A stretch of DNA of 63,089 nt, filler included. It is 5 parts of 5 records of this genome, joined end to end, with 100 filler letters (N's around TTAATTAATTAA, not from the genome) between each part and the next. Parts side by side here need not be neighbours in the genome. Positions count along the whole stretch, not along the records: positions 45,143 to 51,773 come from SRR31156797_11045; positions 51,874 to 63,089 come from SRR31156797_11049; 3 more parts are not named here. One strand, written 5' to 3'. Position 1 is the first letter of the stretch. Each line of letters begins with the position of its first letter. Under the pieces are notes generated by a model. The model had not been told where the DNA came from. It did no database searches and saw only the letters and a program-made list of their open reading frames with translations. Shown here one piece after another: positions 50,059 to 60,069 of this stretch. Both the position numbers and the translations under genes were made by a program.

Positions 50059-51357
50059 ATGGAACATTTAGTTTTGGCTGTCACTATATTCGTGATAACC
50101 TTTATCGTAATTGTTTCAGAGAAACTTCCGAACACATTAACAGCTTTGTTCGGAGGTCTTCTTATGATCTTTGCCGGGATAGTGGAGGAGGAGAAAGCAT
50201 TTGAAGCTATTGAGCTTGATGTTATTTTCCTGTTAGTTGGAATGATGATTATTGTACATGTTATGTCTGAAACTGGAGTGTTTCAATGGGTTGCCATTAA
50301 GATTGCGCAACTTGTTAGAGGAGAGCCGTTTCCGCTATTAGTACTGCTAATAGTAATAACTGCTGTATTTTCAGCTTTCTTAGATAATGTGACTACAATT
50401 ATGCTAATCGCACCTGTATCGATGATACTTGCTGAGCAGATGAAGTTAGACTCAGTACCGTTTATCATTGCAGAGGTATTGGCATCGAATATTGGGGGGA
50501 CAGCAACCCTTATAGGTGATCCACCGAATATTCTTATCGGAACAGCAGCAGGAATATCCTTCAATGAATTTCTTGTTAACCTTGGGCCTATGGTTCTGGT
50601 TAATTTAGTAGTGTTAATTGTAGTAGTGTGGTTCCTGTTTGGTAAAAAATTACACGTATCAAGAGACCTTAAAGCTAGTATTATGGAGATTGATCCGAGT
50701 AGAGCACTGAAAGAAAAATCAATTTTAATTAAGTCATCTATATGTATGGGACTGGTTATTTTAGGTTTTTTAACTCATTCAATGACTCATATAGGGCCAT
50801 CGATAATATCTCTAATGGGTGCAGTACTTCTTATGATTATAGCTAAACAAGATCCGGAGGAAACACTGAAAACTGTTGAATGGAAAACTCTGTTTTTCTT
50901 CATAGGTTTATTTATCTTAGTAGAGGGAGTAGTAGAAGCCGGAGTAATAAAAATAATGGCCGATAGAGCTCTTATGTTTACTCAGGGAAGCCTTAAACTG
51001 ACATCTGTGTTTTTACTATGGTTATCAGCAATAGCATCAGCAATAGTCGATAACATACCATATACAGCTACTCTGATACCAATGATTCAGGATGAATTAA
51101 TACCTAATTTAATGACTATGAATCCGGAATTGACAGAAGCAACTATATCGTCAGCACTTTGGTGGTCATTATCAATGGGAGCATGTCTAGGTGGAAACGG
51201 AACACTAGTTGGAGCCTCTGCAAATGTAGTAGCAGCAAGTATAGCATCAAAAAGTGGACATGAGATTTCATTTATGAGATTTTTAAAATATGGAGCATTG
51301 GTAACATTTTTAACAGTAGCAGTAAGTAATGTTTATTTACTTATGAGATATTTATAA
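50059..51357 (+). CDS. ArsB/NhaD/SLC13-family ion transporter
   Basis: SAFLDNVTT, ASNIGGTATLIGDPPN, SAIVDNIP, GACLGGNGT..GASAN. Confidence 0.93.
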   Translation: MEHLVLAVTIFVITFIVIVSEKLPNTLTALFGGLLMIFAGIVEEEKAFEAIELDVIFLLVGMMIIVHVMSETGVFQWVAIKIAQLVRGEPFPLLVLLIVITAVFSAFLDNVTTIMLIAPVSMILAEQMKLDSVPFIIAEVLASNIGGTATLIGDPPNILIGTAAGISFNEFLVNLGPMVLVNLVVLIVVVWFLFGKKLHVSRDLKASIMEIDPSRALKEKSILIKSSICMGLVILGFLTHSMTHIGPSIISLMGAVLLMIIAKQDPEETLKTVEWKTLFFFIGLFILVEGVVEAGVIKIMADRALMFTQGSLKLTSVFLLWLSAIASAIVDNIPYTATLIPMIQDELIPNLMTMNPELTEATISSALWWSLSMGACLGGNGTLVGASANVVAASIASKSGHEISFMRFLKYGALVTFLTVAVSNVYLLMRYL

Positions 51358-51369
51358 ATAAACAAAATT

Positions 51370-51398
51370 TTGTCAATTATCTAAACATAGTGTATAAT
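51370..51398 (+). promoter_or_regulatory. Sigma-70/SigA promoter
   Basis: TTGTCA-N17-TATAAT. Confidence 0.65.
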
Positions 51399-51551
51399 TG
51401 TTAGTGAAATAAAAACTAATCTTTTATTATATTAGATAAAAGGTTAATTTTGCGAATTTTAAAAGAAGTTTGACTTATTCTGATTTCTTAATGTGTAGAA
51501 ATATAAACATATAGATATCAAAAACTTTTTTTTACATAAGGAGGCGTTATA

Positions 51552-51773
51552 ATGAAACTATCAACTTATCTATCAGAAAAACTAATGTATACTGATGTTG
51601 CTGCAAACTCAATAGATGAAGCTATAGAGCAGGTTATCGAGAAAGTTGCCAAAGCTGATAAATTAATTAACTCTATTAAGACTGAAGCAAGAGATGCTGT
51701 ACTAAAGAGAGAACATGAAATTCCTACAGCAATAGGGAACGGTTTTGTTGTCCCACATGCAAGACTTCAGGGC
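51552..51773 (+). CDS. PTS EIIA type-2 domain protein (truncated)
   Basis: VLKRE..PTAIGNG.VVPHAR; RBS AAGGAGG. Confidence 0.85.
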
Positions 51774-51873
51774 NNNNNNNNNNNNNNNNNNNNNNNNNNN
51801 NNNNNNNNNNNNNNNNNTTAATTAATTAANNNNNNNNNNNNNNNNNNNNNNNNNNNNNNNNNNNNNNNNNNNN
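51774..51873. other. Artificial contig linker
   Basis: N44-TTAATTAATTAA-N44. Confidence 0.98.
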
Positions 51874-52071
51874 GTATTTCAAGGAGTTATGCGGGTATGA
51901 CTTAAGTATGGAGACCAAGCATTCAATGATCTTCAATGTTCAATGATGCGCTGGCTATTAATTAATATATTTATTCTTATTGAAAAGAAAAATGGTTGTT
52001 AAGTCAGATATACCGGTTATGCATGTAGAATAATTTTCAGTAGGATCAGAAACTTGATAGTTTTTGATCCT
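51874..52071 (+). repeat. Direct repeat copy 1: 3' end of an enterococcal paralog-family gene plus conserved 3' region and hairpin
   Basis: YFKELCGYDLSMETKHSMIFNVQ*; collinear with 58737-58927; hairpin at 52042-52071. Confidence 0.85.
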
Positions 52072-52291
52072 GTTTTAATTTAGACATTTTACTTCTTTAG
52101 GATATTTTTACTCTATAGAAACGGTGATCTTTTCAATATAGTTGAGTGTTACGAGAAAGGTTGGGAAATCTGCGATATTGTTTGTAATTAATCTAATTTC
52201 AGGAAATGTGATCGCAGGAGCGATTGCGGTCAATTAGTTAATCAGAAATATCAAGGAGCCATAAAGCATAGAACCTAAAAATAAATTTATA

Positions 52292-52969
52292 TCACATTTT
52301 ATAGCCGATTCCCCAAACCGTTTTGATATAAGAAGACTTCTTGTGGGTATCGTGCATTTTTTCCCGAAGGTTTCGAACGTGGACCATGATGGTATTATTA
52401 GAAGACGTGTAATATTTTTCGCCCCAAACCTCTTGAAACATTTCTTCAGAGCTTACCACTTGGCCTTTTCGCTCCATCAATAATTTTAAAATGGAAAATT
52501 CGATGGGCGTCAGGGAAAGTTCTTCTTCTTGCAAGAAACATTTTCGTTTATTGACATCTAATTCCAACTCCCTCACGATCAATTTGTTTTGATCTGTGCC
52601 GTTATATTGGGTCGAGCGGCGTATCTGAGCTTTCACCCGAGCGATCACTTCCAAAGGACGAAAGGGCTTCGTGATGTAATCATCAGCACCAATTGTCAAA
52701 CCAGTGATCTTATCGATTTCCTCAGATTTAGCTGTCAACATAATAATTGGGTAATGATGCTTTTTTCGGATGATTTTACAAAGGTCAAAGCCTGTGATAT
52801 CCGGTAGCATGACATCAAGAATCGCCAAAGAAAAGCTGTTTTGCTCGATCTGTACCTGAGCTTCATTCCCACTTGCACAAGTGATGACGGTAAAATTTTC
52901 GTTTCGTAAATAAAAGGCAATCAAATCTGAAATTTCTTTTTCATCTTCAACTAAAAGTATCTTTTCCAC
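52292..52969 (-). CDS. OmpR-family response regulator (VanR-like)
   Basis: LVEDE, LDVMLP, MLTAK, GADDYITKPF, NTIMVH..NLREK, KTVWGIGY. Confidence 0.95.
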   Translation of the reverse strand: MEKILLVEDEKEISDLIAFYLRNENFTVITCASGNEAQVQIEQNSFSLAILDVMLPDITGFDLCKIIRKKHHYPIIMLTAKSEEIDKITGLTIGADDYITKPFRPLEVIARVKAQIRRSTQYNGTDQNKLIVRELELDVNKRKCFLQEEELSLTPIEFSILKLLMERKGQVVSSEEMFQEVWGEKYYTSSNNTIMVHVRNLREKMHDTHKKSSYIKTVWGIGYKM

Positions 52970-52987
52970 TCGTATTGACCTTCCTTT

Positions 52988-54133
52988 TCAGTTAACTAAC
53001 TTTCTAGTTTTTTCGTGTTGATTTGTCGCTAAAGGTAATGTGACGATCATTTGAATCTCATTGTTCTTGCTAGCAGCTCGGATCGTTCCCTGATGCGCCA
53101 AAATAAGTTCTTTGGCGATCGCCAATCCGAGACCTGCTCCACCTGTCTTGGTTGAACGAGCTTGATCCAGACGATAAAATTTTTCAAATAATGCCTCCAA
53201 TTGTTCTTGTTCGATCGGCTCACTTTGATTCGCTAGGATGAAAGTGGCTGCTTGTTCGTCTACGGTTAGCTGCATTGTGATCGTGGTTTGATCAGGCGCA
53301 TAGGCAATGGCATTTTTTAACAGATTGTTTAACACTCGCGCCAACTGTTCACTATCGGCTTTTAATTTCAAGCTCTCTGGTCCAGTGTAGCAGATGGTTT
53401 GTTCTTTTTCTTTCAGCAGCGGATAGAATTCTTCTTGGATTTGTTTCAGTAAGAAGACGAAATCAAGTTCCCGTTGATACAATTGGATGTCTTGCAGATT
53501 AAAACGGGTGATGTCGAAAAATTCATTCATCAGCGTTTCCAAACGCTCAGATTTTTCTAAAGCAATCGTTAAGGATTGCGTCATTTGTTCATTGGTCAAG
53601 TTTTTCGTATCCAACAATAGATTGAGATAGCCGATCACTGAGGCTAAGGGAGTTTTCAAGTCATGAGCCAAATAGGTGATCAAGTCCTTGGTGCGCTGTG
53701 TTTCTTCCTTTAAAAGAGCTTCATTGCGGTTCATTGTATCTTTTATTCTTAATAATTCATGGTCAATTGACAGGCTACCAGTCGAACATTCCGCAGATTG
53801 AGAGAAAAAGAGCGGGATTCCTTCGGCAATCTTTGCAATTTTTTTCTTTGAATAATAGCGATAGATAAAATAGCAGATTAAGGAAACGGTAAAAACAAGA
53901 AATAGGGAGGATGCTAAAAACAGTTGCTTGAGGGGTTTTAAATCAAAAATTGTACCTAAAACCCTAGTGCCCTCACCTTTATCCGTTTCAACAACTTCTT
54001 GTATGACAAGGTTTGATACAAGATTATCTCTAACCGTTTGGACGATTCTGGTTTCTTTCAATAGCCATAAGGCTGCTACGAATAAACAGAGGGCAAACAA
54101 AGAAAAAATAAATGCCGATCGTTTGATATTCAT
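52988..54133 (-). CDS. Sensor histidine kinase (VanS-like)
   Basis: Two TM segments; LITYLAHDLKTPL.SVIGYL; NLLKNA; FYRLD.AR...GGAGLGL. Confidence 0.94.
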   Translation of the reverse strand: MNIKRSAFIFSLFALCLFVAALWLLKETRIVQTVRDNLVSNLVIQEVVETDKGEGTRVLGTIFDLKPLKQLFLASSLFLVFTVSLICYFIYRYYSKKKIAKIAEGIPLFFSQSAECSTGSLSIDHELLRIKDTMNRNEALLKEETQRTKDLITYLAHDLKTPLASVIGYLNLLLDTKNLTNEQMTQSLTIALEKSERLETLMNEFFDITRFNLQDIQLYQRELDFVFLLKQIQEEFYPLLKEKEQTICYTGPESLKLKADSEQLARVLNNLLKNAIAYAPDQTTITMQLTVDEQAATFILANQSEPIEQEQLEALFEKFYRLDQARSTKTGGAGLGLAIAKELILAHQGTIRAASKNNEIQMIVTLPLATNQHEKTRKLVN

Positions 54134-54200
54134 AAAAAGCTCCTTTCAATGAAATATTCTTAATTATAGCAAAGAGGCGAGGACACGAATAGGTTTTAAC

Positions 54201-54278
54201 TCTTAAGAATTCTTTATATGAAAGAAGGGTATTGATTATCAAGTTGATATTCTTAAGGAATCTTCAGAATATCTTAAG
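54201..54278. promoter_or_regulatory. Tandem TCTTAAG-like heptamers; candidate response-regulator boxes
   Basis: TCTTAAG 54201, TCTTTAT 54211, TCTTAAG 54251, TCTTCAG 54261, TCTTAAG 54272, in the divergent promoter region. Confidence 0.55.
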
Positions 54279-54348
54279 AGAATCGTTTTAAACGCTGCCT
54301 GATTTAATGATTAAATAAAGATGGTCAAACAATTAATCAATCAGGAAG

Positions 54349-55599
54349 GTGAAATATTTGAGAAAACACATAAAAAAATCAAAAAGGAGCATTCTGATCA
54401 TTAGTGTTCTACTGATCATTGGTAGTTTAGGGTGGACAGGTACTTGGGCGTTTAATCGCCACGAAGAGCCTGTTATCACTCGTATATCTTTACAAGATTT
54501 ACAGCCAAAAAATGATTTTCAATTAGTAGGGTCCATTGAGCCAGCAAAAACTGTTGAAGTAAAAGTAGATAGCAAGAGAGGCGCAGTCGTCGAAAGAAAA
54601 GTAGAGGCAGGGGATCAAGTCAAAGCAGGACAAACCCTTTTTGTTTATTCCAACCCTGAGGGAGCCTTAGCCATTAAAGAAGCAGAACAGATAACGGCCA
54701 ATCGTAAGAGAGCTTTGGAACAAGCAAGGCGACAAACCAACCAAAAATGGGAGCAATACAATAAGGTAACCAATCAGTTGGAGGAGAATAAACAAAAACT
54801 CGCCGGTGCCGAAGAAGAGGACAAAGAAGCGCTAGAAGAACGCAAGACCGACTTGGAAATGCAGCAAAGTCAATTGTTGCTGGAAGCGCAAAATTTGGAA
54901 AGCAGCATTGGCGATGCCGAATTAGAGCTGGAACGGGCAGAATTAGAACTACGTTCAGTCAAAGAGCAGCATGGCTCAGATGTCGTGAATGCTGATATTG
55001 ACGGAATCATTAAAGATGTGGATGAACGACAAATGAACATGAGTTCTACTGAATCAGTTCCAGAAAATCCTTTCATGACAATTGTTGATACCAGTCGGCT
55101 TTTTTTAAAAGGAACTGTGGATGAATTTCGACGCAATCAACTTGAGCCTGGTCAAAAGGTTGAGCTTAGAGACCGTAATGGCGGCAGTCAGCGATGGACT
55201 GGAAAGATCACCCGAGTTGGGGATATGAAAGAGCCTTCCGTAGTGGTTGAAGAACAAGGCGCAAATCCCAATTTGTCGCAATTTCATTTTGAAGTTGTTT
55301 TAGATGAAAGTGAAGAGCCGCCTAGCATTGGTATTCATTGTTTTGTGGAACTGATTGAAGAAGATAAAAAGGAAGTCAAACTACCAAAATCATTTGTGTT
55401 AGATGAAGACGGAAGTTCGTTCATATATGTTATTGATAATCAGAGAATTAAAAAGATGAAAGTAGAGATTGGCGAAGATGAAACAGATGAAACCATGTAT
55501 TTGTTAGAAAGTAAACTGGATATGCAACTGGAGCTTGTTTTTCCAAGAAACGGTATCAAAGAAGGAATGGATGTGAGATCAAATGATCCAGTTGATTGA
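54349..55599 (+). CDS. Efflux periplasmic adaptor (YknX-like)
   Basis: TM segment; V..GD.VK.GQ.LF.Y; long coiled coil; beta-barrel. Confidence 0.85.
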   Translation: MKYLRKHIKKSKRSILIISVLLIIGSLGWTGTWAFNRHEEPVITRISLQDLQPKNDFQLVGSIEPAKTVEVKVDSKRGAVVERKVEAGDQVKAGQTLFVYSNPEGALAIKEAEQITANRKRALEQARRQTNQKWEQYNKVTNQLEENKQKLAGAEEEDKEALEERKTDLEMQQSQLLLEAQNLESSIGDAELELERAELELRSVKEQHGSDVVNADIDGIIKDVDERQMNMSSTESVPENPFMTIVDTSRLFLKGTVDEFRRNQLEPGQKVELRDRNGGSQRWTGKITRVGDMKEPSVVVEEQGANPNLSQFHFEVVLDESEEPPSIGIHCFVELIEEDKKEVKLPKSFVLDEDGSSFIYVIDNQRIKKMKVEIGEDETDETMYLLESKLDMQLELVFPRNGIKEGMDVRSNDPVD

Positions 55600-56257
55600 T
55601 GTTTACAAAAATTTCAAACAAGGAGCTGGAGAACTTCAAGTCTTGAAGAAAATCAACCTAACGATTGATCATGGCGAATTTGTTTCCATCATGGGACGAT
55701 CAGGATCAGGCAAGTCTACTTTAATGAATATTATTGGCTGTTTGGATACACCGACAATGGGCAGCTACTTGCTTGATGGCAAGAACACCAGTCAGATGGA
55801 GGAAGATGATCTCTCTATGATCCGCAATCAAAAAATCGGCTTCGTGTTTCAAAATTTTGAACTGCTGCCGAAACTATCTGTTTTACAAAATGCTGCCTTA
55901 CCGCTTTTGTATGCCGGTGTCAGTAAGGAAGAACGAACAAAACGAGCCATTTATGCATTGGAAAGTGTCGGGTTGAGTGATCGGATCGATTTTAGGATCA
56001 ATCAGTTGTCTGGGGGACAAAAACAACGAGTGGCGATCGCTCGGGCATTAGCAGGAGATGCAAATTTGATTTTAGCGGATGAGCCAACGGGATCCTTAGA
56101 TACTGCCAATAGTCATGAAATTATGGCACTATTTTCGAAGCTGAATCATCTGGGAAAAACAGTTGTTTTAATCACTCACGAACAAGAGGTCGCGGACTAT
56201 GCAAAACGCCAAATCGTTATAAAAGATGGGGAAATTGACGAGGAGGGAGAAAAATGA
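55583..56257 (+). CDS. ABC transporter ATP-binding protein (YknY/MacB-type)
   Basis: [38 protein letters not shown]. Confidence 0.96.
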   Translation: MIQLIDVYKNFKQGAGELQVLKKINLTIDHGEFVSIMGRSGSGKSTLMNIIGCLDTPTMGSYLLDGKNTSQMEEDDLSMIRNQKIGFVFQNFELLPKLSVLQNAALPLLYAGVSKEERTKRAIYALESVGLSDRIDFRINQLSGGQKQRVAIARALAGDANLILADEPTGSLDTANSHEIMALFSKLNHLGKTVVLITHEQEVADYAKRQIVIKDGEIDEEGEK

Positions 56258-57459
56258 TTGAACATATCCGCTTAGCCATCCAATCAATCTACCAGCATCG
56301 TTTGCGTTCACTCTTGACGATGCTAGGAATCATTGTCGGAATTGCCTCCATCATTTCCATTGTGAGCATCATCAATGGAAATACTGAAAACATGAAAAAG
56401 CAGCTAATAGGCGGCGATACCAACTCGATGCGAATTGAATATGATGCCAGAAGTGCTTTTCTGGCGGGAGAAACGGGTAAGAATGATCGACTTCCTGATT
56501 ACGCCCCTCAACTATCAGAAGGAGATCTGCAACATCTACTGACCATTGCGCATGCGAAGAATGTCAGCTTATTCCATGAAGCCAATATGACTGTATATCA
56601 AAGAGATCAAAAAACAGACACGATAGTGCTAGGCATGGACAGTAGTTTCTTTGAGATATTACCGCATACGATCCTTGCAGGGAGAGCAATGACCGGAACC
56701 GAACTGCGTTCACAAAAACAAGTTGCCGTAATCACATCTGACTTCGCAGAAGTTTTTTTCAAGTATCAAAATCCTGTAAATCAATTGATCGAAATCAATG
56801 GCACACCATTTCGCATCGTTGGCGTAGCCGTTTCTGACACGGATCAATTATCAGGGAAATATGTCTTCATCCCTCGAGGCAGTCAAAGTATAGCTGAAGG
56901 AAAACTTAATCAAAAGCCAATAGTGCTGTTTCAGGCGTCAAATGCTGAAGACTTAGAATCAGCGGTCTTACAAGCCAGCCATGAATTAACCAAGCATATT
57001 CCGCCTTCGGATTTTGTTTTTTCTATTCGCAACTATGATGAAGTCAAGAAAATGACTGATGATATCAATCGATCAAACATGATTTTATTAGGGGGGATTG
57101 CCAGCATTTCCTTACTCGTCGGTGGGATCGGGGTGATGAATACGATGCTGGTCAGTGTGACTGAGCGTACGAGAGAAATTGGCTTGAAGAAAGCCTTAGG
57201 TGCGAAACGCAAAATAATCTTGCAGCAATTTTTAACGGAAGCGATCGTTTTATCGGTGATTGGTGGATTGATTGGGATCTTTGTGGGCATGCTCATCAGT
57301 CTGATCGCTTTGAATCTGTTAAATTATCCTATGACGATCTCATTGTTATCGATTTTGATCAGTGTGTCATTTTCGATGTTGATTGGTACAATTTTTGGCT
57401 ACTTACCAGCCTATAAGGCGTCGAAATTAAAACCGATCGAAGCATTACGCTATGAATAA
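56254..57459 (+). CDS. ABC transporter permease (YknZ/FtsX-type)
   Basis: RSLLTMLGII.G, GGIGVMN.MLVSVTERTREIG, PA.KASKL.PIEALRYE. Confidence 0.95.
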   Translation: MIEHIRLAIQSIYQHRLRSLLTMLGIIVGIASIISIVSIINGNTENMKKQLIGGDTNSMRIEYDARSAFLAGETGKNDRLPDYAPQLSEGDLQHLLTIAHAKNVSLFHEANMTVYQRDQKTDTIVLGMDSSFFEILPHTILAGRAMTGTELRSQKQVAVITSDFAEVFFKYQNPVNQLIEINGTPFRIVGVAVSDTDQLSGKYVFIPRGSQSIAEGKLNQKPIVLFQASNAEDLESAVLQASHELTKHIPPSDFVFSIRNYDEVKKMTDDINRSNMILLGGIASISLLVGGIGVMNTMLVSVTERTREIGLKKALGAKRKIILQQFLTEAIVLSVIGGLIGIFVGMLISLIALNLLNYPMTISLLSILISVSFSMLIGTIFGYLPAYKASKLKPIEALRYE

Positions 57460-57474
57460 AAGGAAGGTGTTTCT

Positions 57475-58002
57475 ATGAAAAAAAGAAAAATAGTAATTGT
57501 TTTGTTTGCAGCGTTACTCAGTGGCGGTGGAGTCATTGCGAATGACAAACAGACGAGCAACAACAACGTACCCCTTAACACTCAAATTAATACGCCTCAG
57601 AATCAAACGGAAGATAGTCAAAGTGGGAATGACGATCAAGATACTGCGGATCAAACAGATGAAGAAAAGACAAATGCAGAACTGGATCGAGCCGACAAAA
57701 CGGGAACACTCGTTAGTATAGATGGTGAGCGTTTTGAAATGGAATTGACGAATGCGTCTCAAGTAAAAGGAGAAGACGGTGAAGTCTATGATATGGCAGA
57801 ATCCTCTGAAGAAAAATTTTCCTTTATGATTACTACTGAGACTGAAATAAAAGTGATTCTTTATGATGCACAATCTCAGAATTCTCGAATAGTGGAAGGA
57901 TCTCGTGCTGATTTGCAACTTGAAAGACCTGCAAATATATACGGCCAACAAGTTGGTGATACCTTTATCGCGACCAAAGTAATTGTCATGCAGATTAACT
58001 AG
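57475..58002 (+). CDS. Secreted hypothetical protein
   Basis: Signal peptide, acidic linker, small beta domain; last gene of the operon, with RBS. Confidence 0.65.
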   Translation: MKKRKIVIVLFAALLSGGGVIANDKQTSNNNVPLNTQINTPQNQTEDSQSGNDDQDTADQTDEEKTNAELDRADKTGTLVSIDGERFEMELTNASQVKGEDGEVYDMAESSEEKFSFMITTETEIKVILYDAQSQNSRIVEGSRADLQLERPANIYGQQVGDTFIATKVIVMQIN

Positions 58003-58462
58003 ATATAAGCTCAGATAATTTGCTGATATAATCGAAATCGCTAACTGAGAACGTAATATATACTTCTAAAACTACTTATAGAAATAATTTGAAATTAACA
58101 CGCTACCAACATATAAAAGTAAAGGGGAAGCTTGAATTCGGAAATTACTACTCTACTATATTAGGATTTTTATGTGACAAAAATAGTAAATCTTATTTCA
58201 AAAACCTTTATTATAAAAATCTAATGGCTGAAGTATCAAGAAATTCGGATTTGATTATTTGCCAAAATCAAAAGTTTAAGATGAACTATGTGCTACACTA
58301 ATTTCATATGAATGTTGATTATCAAACAAATTAAACTGTATCTGTGATAGCGATTGTTGCATTTTCCCCCGTAGATTCTTTTCTAATAAAAATATTGACG
58401 AAAGATATGGATAAAGAAGTTGAATAAATCTGATCAACGTAAAGGAGCACGTAGAAAAAAGC

Positions 58463-58820
58463 ATGTCTATATTCACTACGCGAAAGGATTATTAAAAGGA
58501 GTCACTCCAGTATCTAAAGGAACCAAAAGAGACACAAAAAACTAGAAGTCTACATGGTAACAAAAGTTCAGCGATAGGATACTTTATTGGAAGACCTAAC
58601 GCGAGAAAGCTTTTGGCAGCGGTGGTCTAAAATCTTAAAAACTGATGTTAAACTGTCCCTAGTCAAAGAATTAGTCCATTTTGAGAACTTTTCTAGTAAA
58701 GAGGTCGTTCTCATAGCTGAAACAGATTATCGCACATATTTCAAGGAGTTATGTAGGCATGATTTGAGCATGGAGAGCAAACACTTGATGATCTTCAATG
58801 ATGCCTCCGCTATTAATTGA
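58463..58820 (+). pseudogene. Degraded enterococcal paralog-family gene (DUF7006-like)
   Basis: The ATG at 58463 gives MSIFTTRKDY* (early stop); downstream SFWQ...AETDYRTYFKELC is homologous to 59764-60069. Confidence 0.7.
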
Positions 58821-58927
58821 TATGTTTTTTCTTAGCGAAAAGAAAAAAGGGTTGTTAAGTTAGCTATACCATTTATACATGTCGAATAATTTACTGTAGG
58901 GTCAGAAACTTAATGGTTTTTGATCCT
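58737..58927 (+). repeat. Direct repeat copy 2
   Basis: Collinear with 51875-52071, including the terminal hairpin at 58898-58927. Confidence 0.85.
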
Positions 58928-58987
58928 TTTACTATATTAAAATATTGAAGAATAAATTATAATGAAAAAATTTTATCTTTAGAATCA

Positions 58988-59494
58988 ATGGCTATTGAGA
59001 ACACACTGTCTCATGTTATGGGTCTTGTTGTATCGAATAAGCGAGAGCAACTTTCTCCCGAGCTAGATTTCTTAGATGTCTATGCGGACCAATTAAACTT
59101 TAGAAATGTGTTCAGTGCTCGGATCCAAAATCAATCGGGGACGTTTGTTAATCAGTTAGAGGTTATTGCATCAATTTATAATGAAGATCAAACAGAAAGC
59201 CTCTATTCCACAGAGGCATCAGGAATGCAAATGGTGCCTCACTCCAATTTTGCCTTTCCAATTCCTTTGAATGGTGAGTCATTTGTCCCAGGTAATTATG
59301 TTCTTCATCTACAAGCAAATTCTGGAGAATTGAAATGGGAGTGGACGAGATCATTTGAGGTAGATGATCATATATCTAAGACATTTAACCGACAAGATAT
59401 AACTATTCCTAGCCAAAATAATTACTGGGTATTAGTTTCTATTTTTCTTGTTATACTATTACTTTTAGTGCTTTTTATAAGGAACAGGAAGTAA
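58988..59494 (+). pseudogene. C-terminal half of a WxL-interacting (DUF916/DUF3324) surface protein
   Basis: IEN..SHVMGLV, IQN, M.PHSNF.FPI, PGNY.L, W.W...F, C-terminal TM with basic tail; N-terminal domain and signal peptide absent. Confidence 0.7.
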
Positions 59495-59763
59495 CCTCAG
59501 AAGATTGCATAGTGAGTAGGCTATGTTATTTTAAGTTAATTCAGATGACATATGAGTGGTACTATCTAGGTTTCAGTGTATTTTTACATGTCTAAGTGTA
59601 AGTGATAACCACCTAAGTGTTATACAAAAAACTATTTTTTGTATAGCACTGTTACTTTAAACGGATAGAGAACAGAAAAAATGAGGAAGCGAAAAGAATA
59701 AGAATAAAAGGTAGCTAGAAGGTACCGATATATCATTTTAAAAATTTAGAAAGGAGAATAAAT

Positions 59764-60069
59764 ATGCTTCTATTTACAATAGGAAAAGATTATACAAACT
59801 ATTTTTGGCAAGAATTAGGTGAGTCACGCAGAGATACAGTAGAAACTCGAGAGTATATTAATAAACACATAGTCAGACTGCTAGAGCTGACTGATAATAT
59901 TTCAAAAACAACATTTTGGCAAGACTTTCCAGAAATACTAGGGCTTGTTGCGAAGTTGAATCTTTTAGTGGAATTGAGCAAAATTCAAGAATTTTCAAGT
60001 ACAGAAATCATTCGAATCACCGAAAACGATTATCGAACCTATTTTAAAGAGTTATTTACTATGATTTAA
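59764..60069 (+). pseudogene. Third paralog-family copy, frameshifted near the 3' end
   Basis: FWQDFPEILG...ENDYRTYFKEL; 1-nt deletion relative to copy 2 (TTATTTAC-TATGAT vs TTATGTAGGCATGAT) gives an early stop, while DNA similarity continues. Confidence 0.65.

Noticed and set aside
52292-54133. Vancomycin-resistance cluster
   Set aside because: VanRS-like regulators only; no ligase, dehydrogenase or D,D-peptidase genes
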